Shown here one piece after another: positions 36,161 through 45,364 of a stretch of 64,000 nucleotides of DNA. The notes beneath the pieces were generated by a model. It was not told where the DNA came from. It saw only the letters and a program-made list of their open reading frames with translations, and did no database searches. Positions within the stretch are counted from its first letter, which is position 1, and the number at the start of each line of letters is the position of its first letter. A program made the translations under genes and the position numbers. The stretch lies in the NCBI GenBank assembly GCA_964493205.1, contig CAZBMJ010000001.1:73611-137610 (forward strand), read 5' to 3'. The stretch comes from an uncultured Myxococcales bacterium (GTDB taxonomy: Bacteria; Myxococcota; UBA727; JABDBI01).

Positions 36161-38428
36161 TTACGCTTCCTGCGCTAACGCATTTAGTGCAGAGCCCGCT
36201 CTAAACCAATTTAATTGCCCTTCAGAAAAGCTATGATTACAAACTATGGCTTCTGTTTGGCCGTTAGCATGTTTAATAATCACTTTGACGGGCAAATTTT
36301 CAGCTAATTGATGTAGGTTGACAATAGAAATTCTGTCGTCTTCTAATATTTTATCGTAATCTTTTGGATTAAAGAAAGTTAAGGGCAATATTCCGTGTTT
36401 TTTAAGGTTAGTTTCGTGGATTCTGGCAAAACTTCTTACAATAATGGCTTTACAACCTAAATGCCTTGGTTGCATAGCTGCATGTTCTCTGCTGGAACCT
36501 TCACCAAAATTTTCATCGCCAATCACTACCCAAGAAATATTATTCGCCATATATTTGCGTGCCAAATCAGGAATAAGCATTGGCTTTTTATTGTCTAACA
36601 AATCTAGCCCAAATCCAGGTTGATTAGTAAAACTATTAACAGCTCCAATATAAGTGTTATTAGAAATTTTATCTAAATGGCCTCGATATTTTAACCAAAC
36701 CCCAGCTTGTGAAATATGATCAGTGGTGCATTTGCCAGAAGCTTTTAAAATCACTGGTAAATCAATAAAATCATTGCCATCCCAAGGGCTAAATGGCTTT
36801 AATAAGGCCAGCCTATCAGAATTAGGATCAATTTTTATAGTGATTTTTGCAGGATTATCACTTGGTCTAACATACCCACTATTACTTAAAAGCATACCTG
36901 CTTTAGGAAGCATTTTTCCTATGGGAAGGGAAAGCTTTATTTTTTGGGAATCTTTGGTTAAATAATCATGCTGTGGATCAAAATCTAAATTTCCTGATAA
37001 GGCCATGGCTACTACTATTTCTGGGCTTGTTAAAAATGACAATGTTTCGCTATTGCCGTCGTTTCGACCAGGAAAATTTCTATTGTAAGAACTCACAATA
37101 GTGTTTTTTTGGCCTTTTTTAATATCGTCTCGCTGCCATTGTCCAATACATGGGCCACACGCATTGGCTAATACTACGCCGCCAATTTTTTCTAATGGCT
37201 CTAGTAAACCGTCGTTCTTTACAGTTTGAAAAACAGTTTCACTACCTGGAGTAATATAAAAAGGTACTTTACTTGATAAGCCTAAACTTAAAGCTTGTTT
37301 GGCGATAGAAGATGCTCTTGAAATATCCTCATAAGAACTATTAGTGCAGCTGCCAATAAGAGCAGCCGTTATGTTATTTAAATAGCCTTTTTCTTTTATT
37401 TCGTTTTTAAGTTTGCTTACTGGCCTACATAAATCAGGAGAATGAGGGCCTACTATTTGCGGTTCTAATTTATTTAGATCAATTTTTATGAGTTGGTCAT
37501 AGTAATCTTGTGGTTCTGCATAAACTTCTGGATCAGCTTTTAAAAATTCTGCATATTGATCAGCCAATGTTGCAATATCTTTTCTTGAGGTGGCTATTAA
37601 ATATTTGCTCATAGAGGAATCATAAGGAAATATAGAACATGTAGCACCATGTTCTGCGCCCATATTGGTGATCGTGCCTTTGCCTGTTGCTGATATAGAT
37701 TCGCAAGCCTGACCAAAAAATTCTACAATATGTCCAGTTCCACCCTTTACTGTTAATATTTCCATAAGTTTTAGAATAATATCTTTAGGAGAGCTCCAGC
37801 CATTTAAGCTGCCAGTAAGTTCTACGCCAATAACTTTAGGCCACTTTAATAATAATGGGCCGCCCACCATCACGTCAACTGCATCAGATCCGCCAACGCC
37901 TATGGCGATCATGCCTAAGCCACCAGCATTTGGGGTGTGAGAGTCTGTACCAATCATCATGCCCCCAGGAAAAGCATAGTTTTCTAAAACTACTTGATGA
38001 ATGATACCTGAGCCTGGCTTGAAAAAACCTATACCATATTTTTCACAAGAGCTTTGTAGAAAATCATAAACTTCTTGATTGGTTACTAAAGCGTTATTTA
38101 AGTCTTTATCAGCTCCAATCCTAGCTTGAATTAAATGGTCACAGTGCACGGTGGTAGGGACTGCTACACGTTCTTTTTGTGCAGATGCAAATTGTAATAT
38201 CGCCATTTGTGCTGTGGCATCTTGCATAGCAACTCTATCGGGATAAAAATAGCCATAGGAAGTTCCAGGAATGATTTGGTTTTTATTTTCATCGCACATT
38301 TCTAGCAAATGACTTGATAAAATTTTATGAGTTAATGTTAAAGGCTTTGCAAAATGTTCTCTTGCTTGGTCATGTTTTTTTTTAAGTTTGCTGTAAAGAT
38401 TTTTGGCGATAGTTAATTGATCTGTCAT
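36161..38428 (-). CDS. acn: Aconitate hydratase, short (mitochondrial-like, ~755 aa) form
   Basis: Aconitase signatures include IGSCTNSS and NRNFPGRNDGN. The 755-aa length fits the mitochondrial-type rather than the ~890-aa AcnA type. Confidence 0.85.
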   Translation of the reverse strand: MTDQLTIAKNLYSKLKKKHDQAREHFAKPLTLTHKILSSHLLEMCDENKNQIIPGTSYGYFYPDRVAMQDATAQMAILQFASAQKERVAVPTTVHCDHLIQARIGADKDLNNALVTNQEVYDFLQSSCEKYGIGFFKPGSGIIHQVVLENYAFPGGMMIGTDSHTPNAGGLGMIAIGVGGSDAVDVMVGGPLLLKWPKVIGVELTGSLNGWSSPKDIILKLMEILTVKGGTGHIVEFFGQACESISATGKGTITNMGAEHGATCSIFPYDSSMSKYLIATSRKDIATLADQYAEFLKADPEVYAEPQDYYDQLIKIDLNKLEPQIVGPHSPDLCRPVSKLKNEIKEKGYLNNITAALIGSCTNSSYEDISRASSIAKQALSLGLSSKVPFYITPGSETVFQTVKNDGLLEPLEKIGGVVLANACGPCIGQWQRDDIKKGQKNTIVSSYNRNFPGRNDGNSETLSFLTSPEIVVAMALSGNLDFDPQHDYLTKDSQKIKLSLPIGKMLPKAGMLLSNSGYVRPSDNPAKITIKIDPNSDRLALLKPFSPWDGNDFIDLPVILKASGKCTTDHISQAGVWLKYRGHLDKISNNTYIGAVNSFTNQPGFGLDLLDNKKPMLIPDLARKYMANNISWVVIGDENFGEGSSREHAAMQPRHLGCKAIIVRSFARIHETNLKKHGILPLTFFNPKDYDKILEDDRISIVNLHQLAENLPVKVIIKHANGQTEAIVCNHSFSEGQLNWFRAGSALNALAQEA

Positions 38429-38448
38429 AAATGATCCTAAAATACTTT

Positions 38449-40830
38449 TTAATATTCTATGCTTAAGAGTTTGTTTTGATAAGACTGCTTAAAAGTATTA
38501 ACACTAAAATTTTCCTTACTTATTTCAATAATTATTTCTCCATCTTGTGCTGTGTCAAAAATTTTAACTTGTTTTTCGCTATAGCGTTCTAGTACTTCTT
38601 TATGAGGAAAGCCAAATCTATTATTTAGCCCAGTAGAAAAAATTACTATGTTAGGCATTACTGCTTCAATAAATTCTTTAGTAGAAGAGGTTTTAGAACC
38701 ATGATGTGGGGCTTTTAGAATATCAGCCTTAATATTTGCCTGAGATAATAATAATTTTTCTTCAGCTTCATCTTCTATATCACCTGGCCATAACAGAGTT
38801 TTATTAGCAAAACTAATTTTTATAACTAAGCTGTTATTATTAATAGATAATTTATGGTCATATTCTTTAGGTGCGAGTACTTCTAAAATAGTATCACCAA
38901 ATTTATTTTCACCTAAAATATTATTTATGGATTTTATAGGGATATTTTTAGATAAAGCTTTTTTTAAAAAAGCCTCCAAATTATCATTTTTAATAGTCTT
39001 GCTGCCTAGCCAAATTTCATTAATTTTAAAATTATCCATTATAGCAAAAGAACCTAAAATGTGATCAGCATCAGGATGAGTGATAGCTAAAACATCAAGT
39101 TTATTTACACCTTTTCTTTTTAATAAAGGAGTAATAATATATTTTCCTGGATCAAAGTTTGATTTAGGTGCTCCTGCGGCATCAATTAAAATAGTATGAC
39201 CACTTGGGGTTTGAATAAGCGTTGAATCACCTTGCCCCACTGCTAAGATAGAGACAAGTAAACTATTTTGTTGGGGCCAATAAAAACTGCTTGCACAAAG
39301 CATGCTTGCTAAAATTAATGCACAAGAAAATTTAAATTTTTGTTGTAATAAGTATGTAAAAATTAAAAATAATAAAAAGCAAAAAATAAATAATATAAAA
39401 TTATTAGTTATAGGAAAAAAAATACTTAAAGAAAAGTAATTAGAAAGAAATTCCGCTACTATTTCTATACTTAAGGCTAAAAAGGAAGCTAGGTGTAATA
39501 AAATTGAACTACTAAAAATATTGCCCAAAAATCCTAATAAAATAGCTATACTTTGGCATAGGGTAGCTACTTGTAACAAAAAGAAATTACTCAGTATGCT
39601 CAATACAGAGGTTTGGCCAAAACAAATAGCTAATATTGGTAGGGTAGCTAAGTAGGCAGCTAAACAACTTGAAAATAAACTAATGCTATAAAATAAAACA
39701 AAAGAATATTCTTTTAATGGTTCTAATAGCTTTTTTGATGATTGATTGGCCACTATTAAACCAAATACAGCGGCGTAAGATAATAAAAATCCTAAATCCA
39801 AAACACAAGCTGGATTAAGTAGCAAACTTATAAACCCGCTGGCATAAAAAGCATCAAATATATCTATTTTTCTTATAAATAAATTAGGCAAAAGCAAAAT
39901 AGATGACATAAACGCAGCACGCGCAGCACTTCTTGGAAATCCACAAATAGCCACAAAAAACCATATAAAGCATAAGCAAATAACGGATGCTATGGGCTTT
40001 GATCTATGAAGAAATTTTATAGGAAAAACTAATGCTAATAACCAACTTAATAATAAATATAAGAAAAAGCTTAATAAACTAACTTGTAAACCACTTACAG
40101 CCAATAAATGCTGTGCACCAATAGCGTTAAAAATTTCTGTTTGTTCTTGATCAAGCAAACTTGTATCACCGATCATAAGGGCTAATAATAAAGATGCTTC
40201 TTTAATCGTTAAATATTTTAATAAGTTTATTCTTAAATTCTCTTGAAATTTTATAGATAAGCTTGTTTTTTGAGTAGTAATTTTATGAATTAAAGCAGAA
40301 TCTTTAATAGCTATTTTGCCATGAATATTATTGGCTAAGCCATATTTTATGCCATTAAAGTGTACAACAGATAAACTTTGGCTTAATGGATTAAACTTAG
40401 CTTTGAATTTTATTAAATCACCAGCTTTTAAGTCTAGTGCACTTGCAGAGTCATAAAAGTTTATGATTAAATTTAACGAATTATTAGGATTTTTTTGTTC
40501 ATAGGCATTTACTAAAGCTGTTTTTGAAGCATCTTCTTTGATCTTTATATTTTTTATGAGACCGTTATAAATAATATATTTTTGTTTTTGCACATTAGTA
40601 ATTTTTTCAAAATAATTTTGTTTATAAATTTTGCTATTTATAGAACTTAGTAAAAAGCAAAAACATAAAAATAATATAGTTCTTATGACAGATAATTTAA
40701 TAACAAGAATGCTTATAATGCATGCGAATAAGGCTATTGAATAAAAAATAATAGTGTATTGGTTATAAAACCCAAACAATGCACCTAACATGCAAAATAA
40801 AAATATAAAAGCTGATGGTCTTTTGTTCAT
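38449..40830 (-). CDS. comEC: DNA internalization competence protein ComEC/Rec2 with C-terminal metallo-beta-lactamase domain
   Basis: N-terminal membrane and competence domains. C-terminal sequence SILAVGQGDSTLIQTPSGHTILIDAAG...ITHPDADH is the MBL motif. Confidence 0.8.
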   Translation of the reverse strand: MNKRPSAFIFLFCMLGALFGFYNQYTIIFYSIALFACIISILVIKLSVIRTILFLCFCFLLSSINSKIYKQNYFEKITNVQKQKYIIYNGLIKNIKIKEDASKTALVNAYEQKNPNNSLNLIINFYDSASALDLKAGDLIKFKAKFNPLSQSLSVVHFNGIKYGLANNIHGKIAIKDSALIHKITTQKTSLSIKFQENLRINLLKYLTIKEASLLLALMIGDTSLLDQEQTEIFNAIGAQHLLAVSGLQVSLLSFFLYLLLSWLLALVFPIKFLHRSKPIASVICLCFIWFFVAICGFPRSAARAAFMSSILLLPNLFIRKIDIFDAFYASGFISLLLNPACVLDLGFLLSYAAVFGLIVANQSSKKLLEPLKEYSFVLFYSISLFSSCLAAYLATLPILAICFGQTSVLSILSNFFLLQVATLCQSIAILLGFLGNIFSSSILLHLASFLALSIEIVAEFLSNYFSLSIFFPITNNFILFIFCFLLFLIFTYLLQQKFKFSCALILASMLCASSFYWPQQNSLLVSILAVGQGDSTLIQTPSGHTILIDAAGAPKSNFDPGKYIITPLLKRKGVNKLDVLAITHPDADHILGSFAIMDNFKINEIWLGSKTIKNDNLEAFLKKALSKNIPIKSINNILGENKFGDTILEVLAPKEYDHKLSINNNSLVIKISFANKTLLWPGDIEDEAEEKLLLSQANIKADILKAPHHGSKTSSTKEFIEAVMPNIVIFSTGLNNRFGFPHKEVLERYSEKQVKIFDTAQDGEIIIEISKENFSVNTFKQSYQNKLLSIEY

Positions 40831-40873
40831 GAGCTTTTAAAAGCTTTTTAAAGCTCATATTATGCCCAAAATT

Positions 40874-41263
40874 TTATTCTAATATACGTTTTTTTTCTTC
40901 TAGTGAAAATAATCGGCATTGTTCTTTTTTGCCAAACAAGTCGTATCTATGTTTAGCAATAAATTTATAAACATGATCTCTTATAAATTTTGGTATTATT
41001 TTAAAGATATAAACAGAATAATACCACTTATTAATATTTACTAAAAGTTTAATAATGGCATCAGATTGAGTGTAAAGCTGATCATCTTGCATAAAAACTA
41101 CTGTTGTAAGTTTTTGTGTGTATGAGCTTGGTAAGAGTTCCTGTGCTGTTTTTCCTTGCAGTGTGGCAAACTTTATTTGGTGAGATTTATCGTGTTTTAA
41201 AACAAAATCTACCAATGCATTACACATGATACAGACACCGTCAAAAAATAATATTTTTTTCAT
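40874..41263 (-). CDS. DCC-family thiol-disulfide oxidoreductase (DUF393)
   Basis: ILFFDGVCIMCNALVDFVLKHD matches the DUF393 CxxC pattern. Confidence 0.65.
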   Translation of the reverse strand: MKKILFFDGVCIMCNALVDFVLKHDKSHQIKFATLQGKTAQELLPSSYTQKLTTVVFMQDDQLYTQSDAIIKLLVNINKWYYSVYIFKIIPKFIRDHVYKFIAKHRYDLFGKKEQCRLFSLEEKKRILE

Positions 41264-41289
41264 AATTTTTATTTTATACTAAATAATTA

Positions 41290-41409
41290 TTATTTGCTAT
41301 AATAAGCAAAACTTACAATTTTGTTTGTCCAAGCATCACAAGATGGTTGCATGCTCATAAAAGTTGCTATAACAAACATGGCCGTTGTAAAAAATAGTGT
41401 TTTGAGCAT
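41290..41409 (-). CDS. Possible 39-aa small hydrophobic peptide (MLKTLFFTTAMFVIATFMSMQPSCDAWTNKIVSFAYYSK)
   Basis: Short ORF upstream of the DCC gene on the same strand. No ribosome-binding-site analysis was possible. Speculative. Confidence 0.15.
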   Translation of the reverse strand: MLKTLFFTTAMFVIATFMSMQPSCDAWTNKIVSFAYYSK

Positions 41410-41522
41410 AAAAAACCCTTTGGGCTCATTGTTTTTAACTTTTATTTATTTAACAATAAAGATATTCTTTGCCAGTTAAATATTAATAAAAATTATATAA
41501 TTTATTTGGTGAGATTTTACCT

Positions 41523-42308
41523 ATGTCTACTTACATCGTCGGTGATATTCAGGGATGTTTTGATACGTTTATGAATTTATTGAAAAAAATTAATTTTGAT
41601 ACTAAAAAAGATCAAGTTTATTTATTGGGTGATTTTTTAAATAGAGGCCCAAAATCTTTGGAAGTTATGAATTTTATTTTTGAGCATCAAAATAATATAA
41701 AAGTAGTTTTGGGAAACCATGAAATATATGCCTTAGGATTATATTTTGAAGCTAAAATTAATAAAAAGCCTCATAGTTTAGATAAATTATTAAATGATAA
41801 ACAAGCACCTAAGTTATTTGAATTTTTAAGAAATCAGCCTTTAGTGCTTAACTTAGAAAATAATTATTTTGTGCATGCTGGTATATCAGCATGTCTTAGT
41901 ATTCAAGAAGCCCTAGATGAATCACATAAGATTAGTGAAATGTTAAAAGGCGATACCATAGCTGAATTTTTAACAGATTTTTATGCTAATTCTAAACTAG
42001 ATAAAACTAAAGAAGCATTTGCTTCTTTTATTTTTATGCGCATGTGTAAGATTAATGGGGAAGCTGATTATACTTATACTGGAACTATCAAAGATGCACC
42101 TAGTGATTTAGTACCATGGTTTAAATTACGAAACGATCAAAATATCAATATTTTCTTTGGTCATTGGGCTGCTATTGGTTTTTTACAGTATAAAAATTAT
42201 TTTGCTCTTGATTCCGGCTGTGGTTGGGGAAAAGTTTTAAGTGTTTATTGTTTAGAAGAAAAAAAACTTACTCAAGTGGATAATATAGATATTAAAAAAA
42301 GTTTATAA
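41523..42308 (+). CDS. apaH: Bis(5'-nucleosyl)-tetraphosphatase, symmetrical
   Basis: Motifs MSTYIVGDIQGCFD, VYLLGDFLNRGPKSLEV and VLGNHE are ApaH metallophosphatase signatures. Confidence 0.85.
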   Translation: MSTYIVGDIQGCFDTFMNLLKKINFDTKKDQVYLLGDFLNRGPKSLEVMNFIFEHQNNIKVVLGNHEIYALGLYFEAKINKKPHSLDKLLNDKQAPKLFEFLRNQPLVLNLENNYFVHAGISACLSIQEALDESHKISEMLKGDTIAEFLTDFYANSKLDKTKEAFASFIFMRMCKINGEADYTYTGTIKDAPSDLVPWFKLRNDQNINIFFGHWAAIGFLQYKNYFALDSGCGWGKVLSVYCLEEKKLTQVDNIDIKKSL

Positions 42309-43011
42309 AAAGGACATAAAAAATACTTAATAAATTTAATATAATAAAAATAATTAACACGAAAGATAGTAAAAAAGTTTTAATATTTTGTAATAAAATA
42401 TTTTTAAAATTAGTTATTATAATGCCTGTTATTAAAAACCCACAGATACCACCGCCTAAGTGAGCCCAAATGTCGATCATTGGAAGCAAAGAAATAGCTA
42501 AGTTTAATACTATGTTAATAGCCGCTGTTTTTAATAAAATGCTTCTTGCATAAGGTGCTACATAGATTGATGGAAAAATTGATAAAGCAAGGGTTGCGCC
42601 TAAAAATCCCCAAATAGCTCCAGATGCTCCAACGCTTACACCTGCTTTTCCTAAATAAATACTGGCAATACTGCCACATAAGCCACTTGTGAAAAATAGT
42701 AATAAAAAGTTTTTAGTGCCAAGTATATCTTTAAAAAAACTACCAAAGCTAAAAAGTACATAAGAATTAAAAAATAAATGCATTAAGCCAGAGTGCAAAT
42801 ATATCGAAGTAAATAAGCGATAAAATTCATGATGTTGCAATACTAATATTTTATTATTTGCCCCCATTTTTAAAAGCGCAATAATGTTATTTGAACCGCC
42901 AATATACTCTTCCATAATAAATAGAGAAAATATTACGAAAAGAATTATATAAATTACTGATTTATCTTTATAACTATTGGTGTCCATTATAAGTTTCCTT
43001 GTTTGTTTCAA
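42292..43011 (-). CDS. Rhomboid-family intramembrane serine protease
   Basis: GASGAIWGFLGA (catalytic Ser) and AHLGGGICG (catalytic His) motifs. Confidence 0.8.
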   Translation of the reverse strand: MKQTRKLIMDTNSYKDKSVIYIILFVIFSLFIMEEYIGGSNNIIALLKMGANNKILVLQHHEFYRLFTSIYLHSGLMHLFFNSYVLFSFGSFFKDILGTKNFLLLFFTSGLCGSIASIYLGKAGVSVGASGAIWGFLGATLALSIFPSIYVAPYARSILLKTAAINIVLNLAISLLPMIDIWAHLGGGICGFLITGIIITNFKNILLQNIKTFLLSFVLIIFIILNLLSIFYVLFINFF

Positions 43012-43142
43012 TAAATATTTGAGCTAAGGGTTGACAAATCCTGTTGATTTAGCTCTTATTTAATAAAGTTTATTATGTTTTAAGTAAATCCGCCTCCTTT
43101 ATAAAATAATAAAAGTAAGCGTGATATTTGGAGTTAAATAGC

Positions 43143-43478
43143 ATGGTTGGATATGCGGTAGTTCAAGTCGGTGGCAAACAGCATCGAGTTTCTGTAGGCG
43201 AGAAAATTCTTGTGGACCTACAAGCTGATAGAAAAGTAGGCGATACTTTTAAAATTACTGATGTAATGATGCTCGGTGGCGAATCTTACACCATTGGTTA
43301 TCCCTTTGTTAGTAATGCAGGTGTGAATTGTTTAGTAACTTGCATGGGCAAAGATGAAGAAGGTGTTAAGGGCGAAAAAGTTAGGGTTTATAAGAAAAAG
43401 CGCCGTAAGGGTTTTACTAAAACTATTGGTCATCGTCAAAGATATACAGAAATTTCTATTGAAAGTATCGATGCGTAG
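43143..43478 (+). CDS. rplU: 50S ribosomal protein L21
   Basis: YAVVQVGGKQHRVSVGEKILVD. Start set at the Met matching the typical L21 N-terminus. The track ORF begins at 43128. Confidence 0.9.
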   Translation: MVGYAVVQVGGKQHRVSVGEKILVDLQADRKVGDTFKITDVMMLGGESYTIGYPFVSNAGVNCLVTCMGKDEEGVKGEKVRVYKKKRRKGFTKTIGHRQRYTEISIESIDA

Positions 43479-43500
43479 TTTTTAATTTAAGGAGATAATT

Positions 43501-43755
43501 ATGGCTCATAAGAAAGGGCAGGGATCAACTAGAAATGGTCGCGATTCAAATCCTAAGTTTTTAGGCGTAAAAAGAGCTGATGGTCAATTTGTGCTAGCAG
43601 GTAATATATTGGTTAGACAAAGAGGCACCAGAATTAAAGCAGGAAAAAATGTAGGTGTAGGTAGAGATCATACCCTATTTTCTATGATCGAGGGTGTTGT
43701 AAAGTTCATTAAAGGCCGAAATGATAGAGTTTTTGCTAATATCGTTCCAAACTAA
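43501..43755 (+). CDS. rpmA: 50S ribosomal protein L27
   Basis: [25 protein letters not shown]. Confidence 0.95.
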   Translation: MAHKKGQGSTRNGRDSNPKFLGVKRADGQFVLAGNILVRQRGTRIKAGKNVGVGRDHTLFSMIEGVVKFIKGRNDRVFANIVPN

Positions 43756-43785
43756 TTAAATAAATAATTTTTGTTTATAAAAGTT

Positions 43786-43820
43786 CACCAAAGCGCATTG
43801 TCTTTGGTGATTTTTTTATT
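43786..43820 (+). terminator. Rho-independent terminator after rpmA (caccaaag-gcgcattgt-ctttggtg plus T7)
   Basis: Perfect 8-bp stem and 9-nt loop, followed by atttttttatt. Confidence 0.7.
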
Positions 43821-44079
43821 TACGGTGACAAAAAAATAAAGCCGAAAGGGTTAACTTCCGGCTTTTGGGGATAAATAATATAAAAATTCAAAAAATATTA
43901 AATAAAAATAAATATAAAGTATAAATAATGTTTACTGTAACTAACTTTCTGCTTTAATATGTTTCTTATATACCACTTTTTTTGATCGATCAAGCGAATT
44001 ATTAAAAAAAAGATTTATTTTTGTGATTTTTATGCTAAAAGTAACTTTATTGAAATAAATCATTACATTAGGACCATAT

Positions 44080-44730
44080 ATGACAGTTCGCAAACTTTTT
44101 ACTAATGAAGAAATTCAAAAAATTGGTTTACGAATGAAGTCTTGTCGGGTTTTAACTAATTTAAATCAAGAAGAATTCGCAGATGAACATCAAATTCCTT
44201 ATACAACCATAAGAAATTGGGAGTATGGCAGAGTAGTTCCAAGGCTTAGTGGCGTTAACGATTTTGTCGAGTCGTTAAAAAAGAACAATGTTTATGTAAA
44301 TAGTGATTGGATTTTATATGGTGAAGGTTATGGTCCTTCTTTTTTTAGTTCTCAACAGGGTGAGATTGTTTTATCTAAGCCAGAAATATCTGATATTGAT
44401 AATTTTAAGGATGAATGTCGCAAAAGTAAAAAAATCCCAATTATTTCTCAAATAGATAATGATTCTATGGCTCCTTGGTTTGTTAAAGGAGATATAGTCG
44501 CTGGTATTTTAGTGAATCCCGAACAAATTGATGAAGAGCTTGAAAAGTCACAGCAAACAAACACTTATCCATTATTGGTCAGAGTGCAAAATGGCAAATA
44601 TGTTCCAAGATGGGCAAAAAGATTAAACGGTGAGTGGGTATTTTTTTCCAATGAAAAATTCATGGAACAGTATAACTCTATTTCCATAGCTATTATCTTG
44701 TATCATCAATGGGTATTTCCAAGAAATTAA
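44080..44730 (+). CDS. XRE-type HTH plus S24 peptidase (LexA/CI-like) repressor
   Basis: N-terminal HTH region. C-terminal DNDSMAPWFVKGDIVAG (Ser nucleophile) and downstream WAKRL (Lys) match the S24 LexA/CI self-cleaving fold. Confidence 0.6.
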   Translation: MTVRKLFTNEEIQKIGLRMKSCRVLTNLNQEEFADEHQIPYTTIRNWEYGRVVPRLSGVNDFVESLKKNNVYVNSDWILYGEGYGPSFFSSQQGEIVLSKPEISDIDNFKDECRKSKKIPIISQIDNDSMAPWFVKGDIVAGILVNPEQIDEELEKSQQTNTYPLLVRVQNGKYVPRWAKRLNGEWVFFSNEKFMEQYNSISIAIILYHQWVFPRN

Positions 44731-45266
44731 AGCTTAAACCCTAGTGAAGCTGTTAAAAACAAATTATCGTACCCTTCTCCATAGACTCCTTTTAAATTAA
44801 ACACTCTATCAAGCCAAATAATGCTTGATAATTCTAAAAATAATAAATCAGTTGCTTGGTAGCTAAAAGAGCCAGATAAACCCCAAGCATAAGCCATGCC
44901 TAATGTTATTTTGTAATCATTGTTAATAATATAACCAAATTTTAAGTCGCTAATGGGGATATACCATAAGCTTACTGGGGGAGTAAAAAAATTAAATTTT
45001 TGATTGTTAAAATTAAAACTTCGGGGATAAATAATACTCCAATCAAGCGCTGCCCCCAAATATAGATTATTTGTAAAGCCATACCCGTATTCAAAACCAT
45101 ATTTAATCATGGCTTCTGTTGGTAAACCAGTTCCTTTTTTATTTATACCTGTTTCAAAATCAAAGGTATTACCAAGGCCTGCTCTTAATAGGTAATTATG
45201 AGATAAAGCAAATAAATTATTAGTTAATAACAAATATAAAAAAGTAATTTTAATTAATCTAATCAT
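44727..45266 (-). CDS. Small outer-membrane beta-barrel protein (OmpW/OmpA-TM-like)
   Basis: Signal peptide. Alternating aromatic and hydrophobic beta-strand pattern. 179 aa. Confidence 0.45.
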   Translation of the reverse strand: MIRLIKITFLYLLLTNNLFALSHNYLLRAGLGNTFDFETGINKKGTGLPTEAMIKYGFEYGYGFTNNLYLGAALDWSIIYPRSFNFNNQKFNFFTPPVSLWYIPISDLKFGYIINNDYKITLGMAYAWGLSGSFSYQATDLLFLELSSIIWLDRVFNLKGVYGEGYDNLFLTASLGFKL

Positions 45267-45364
45267 TTTTTATTATCCTTGATATTTTATTTATATTATA
45301 AATCTTTTTTTATTTTAAATAAATATTTTTAGATTGCAAAGACCTTTGCCTTCTTTATTTTCCT

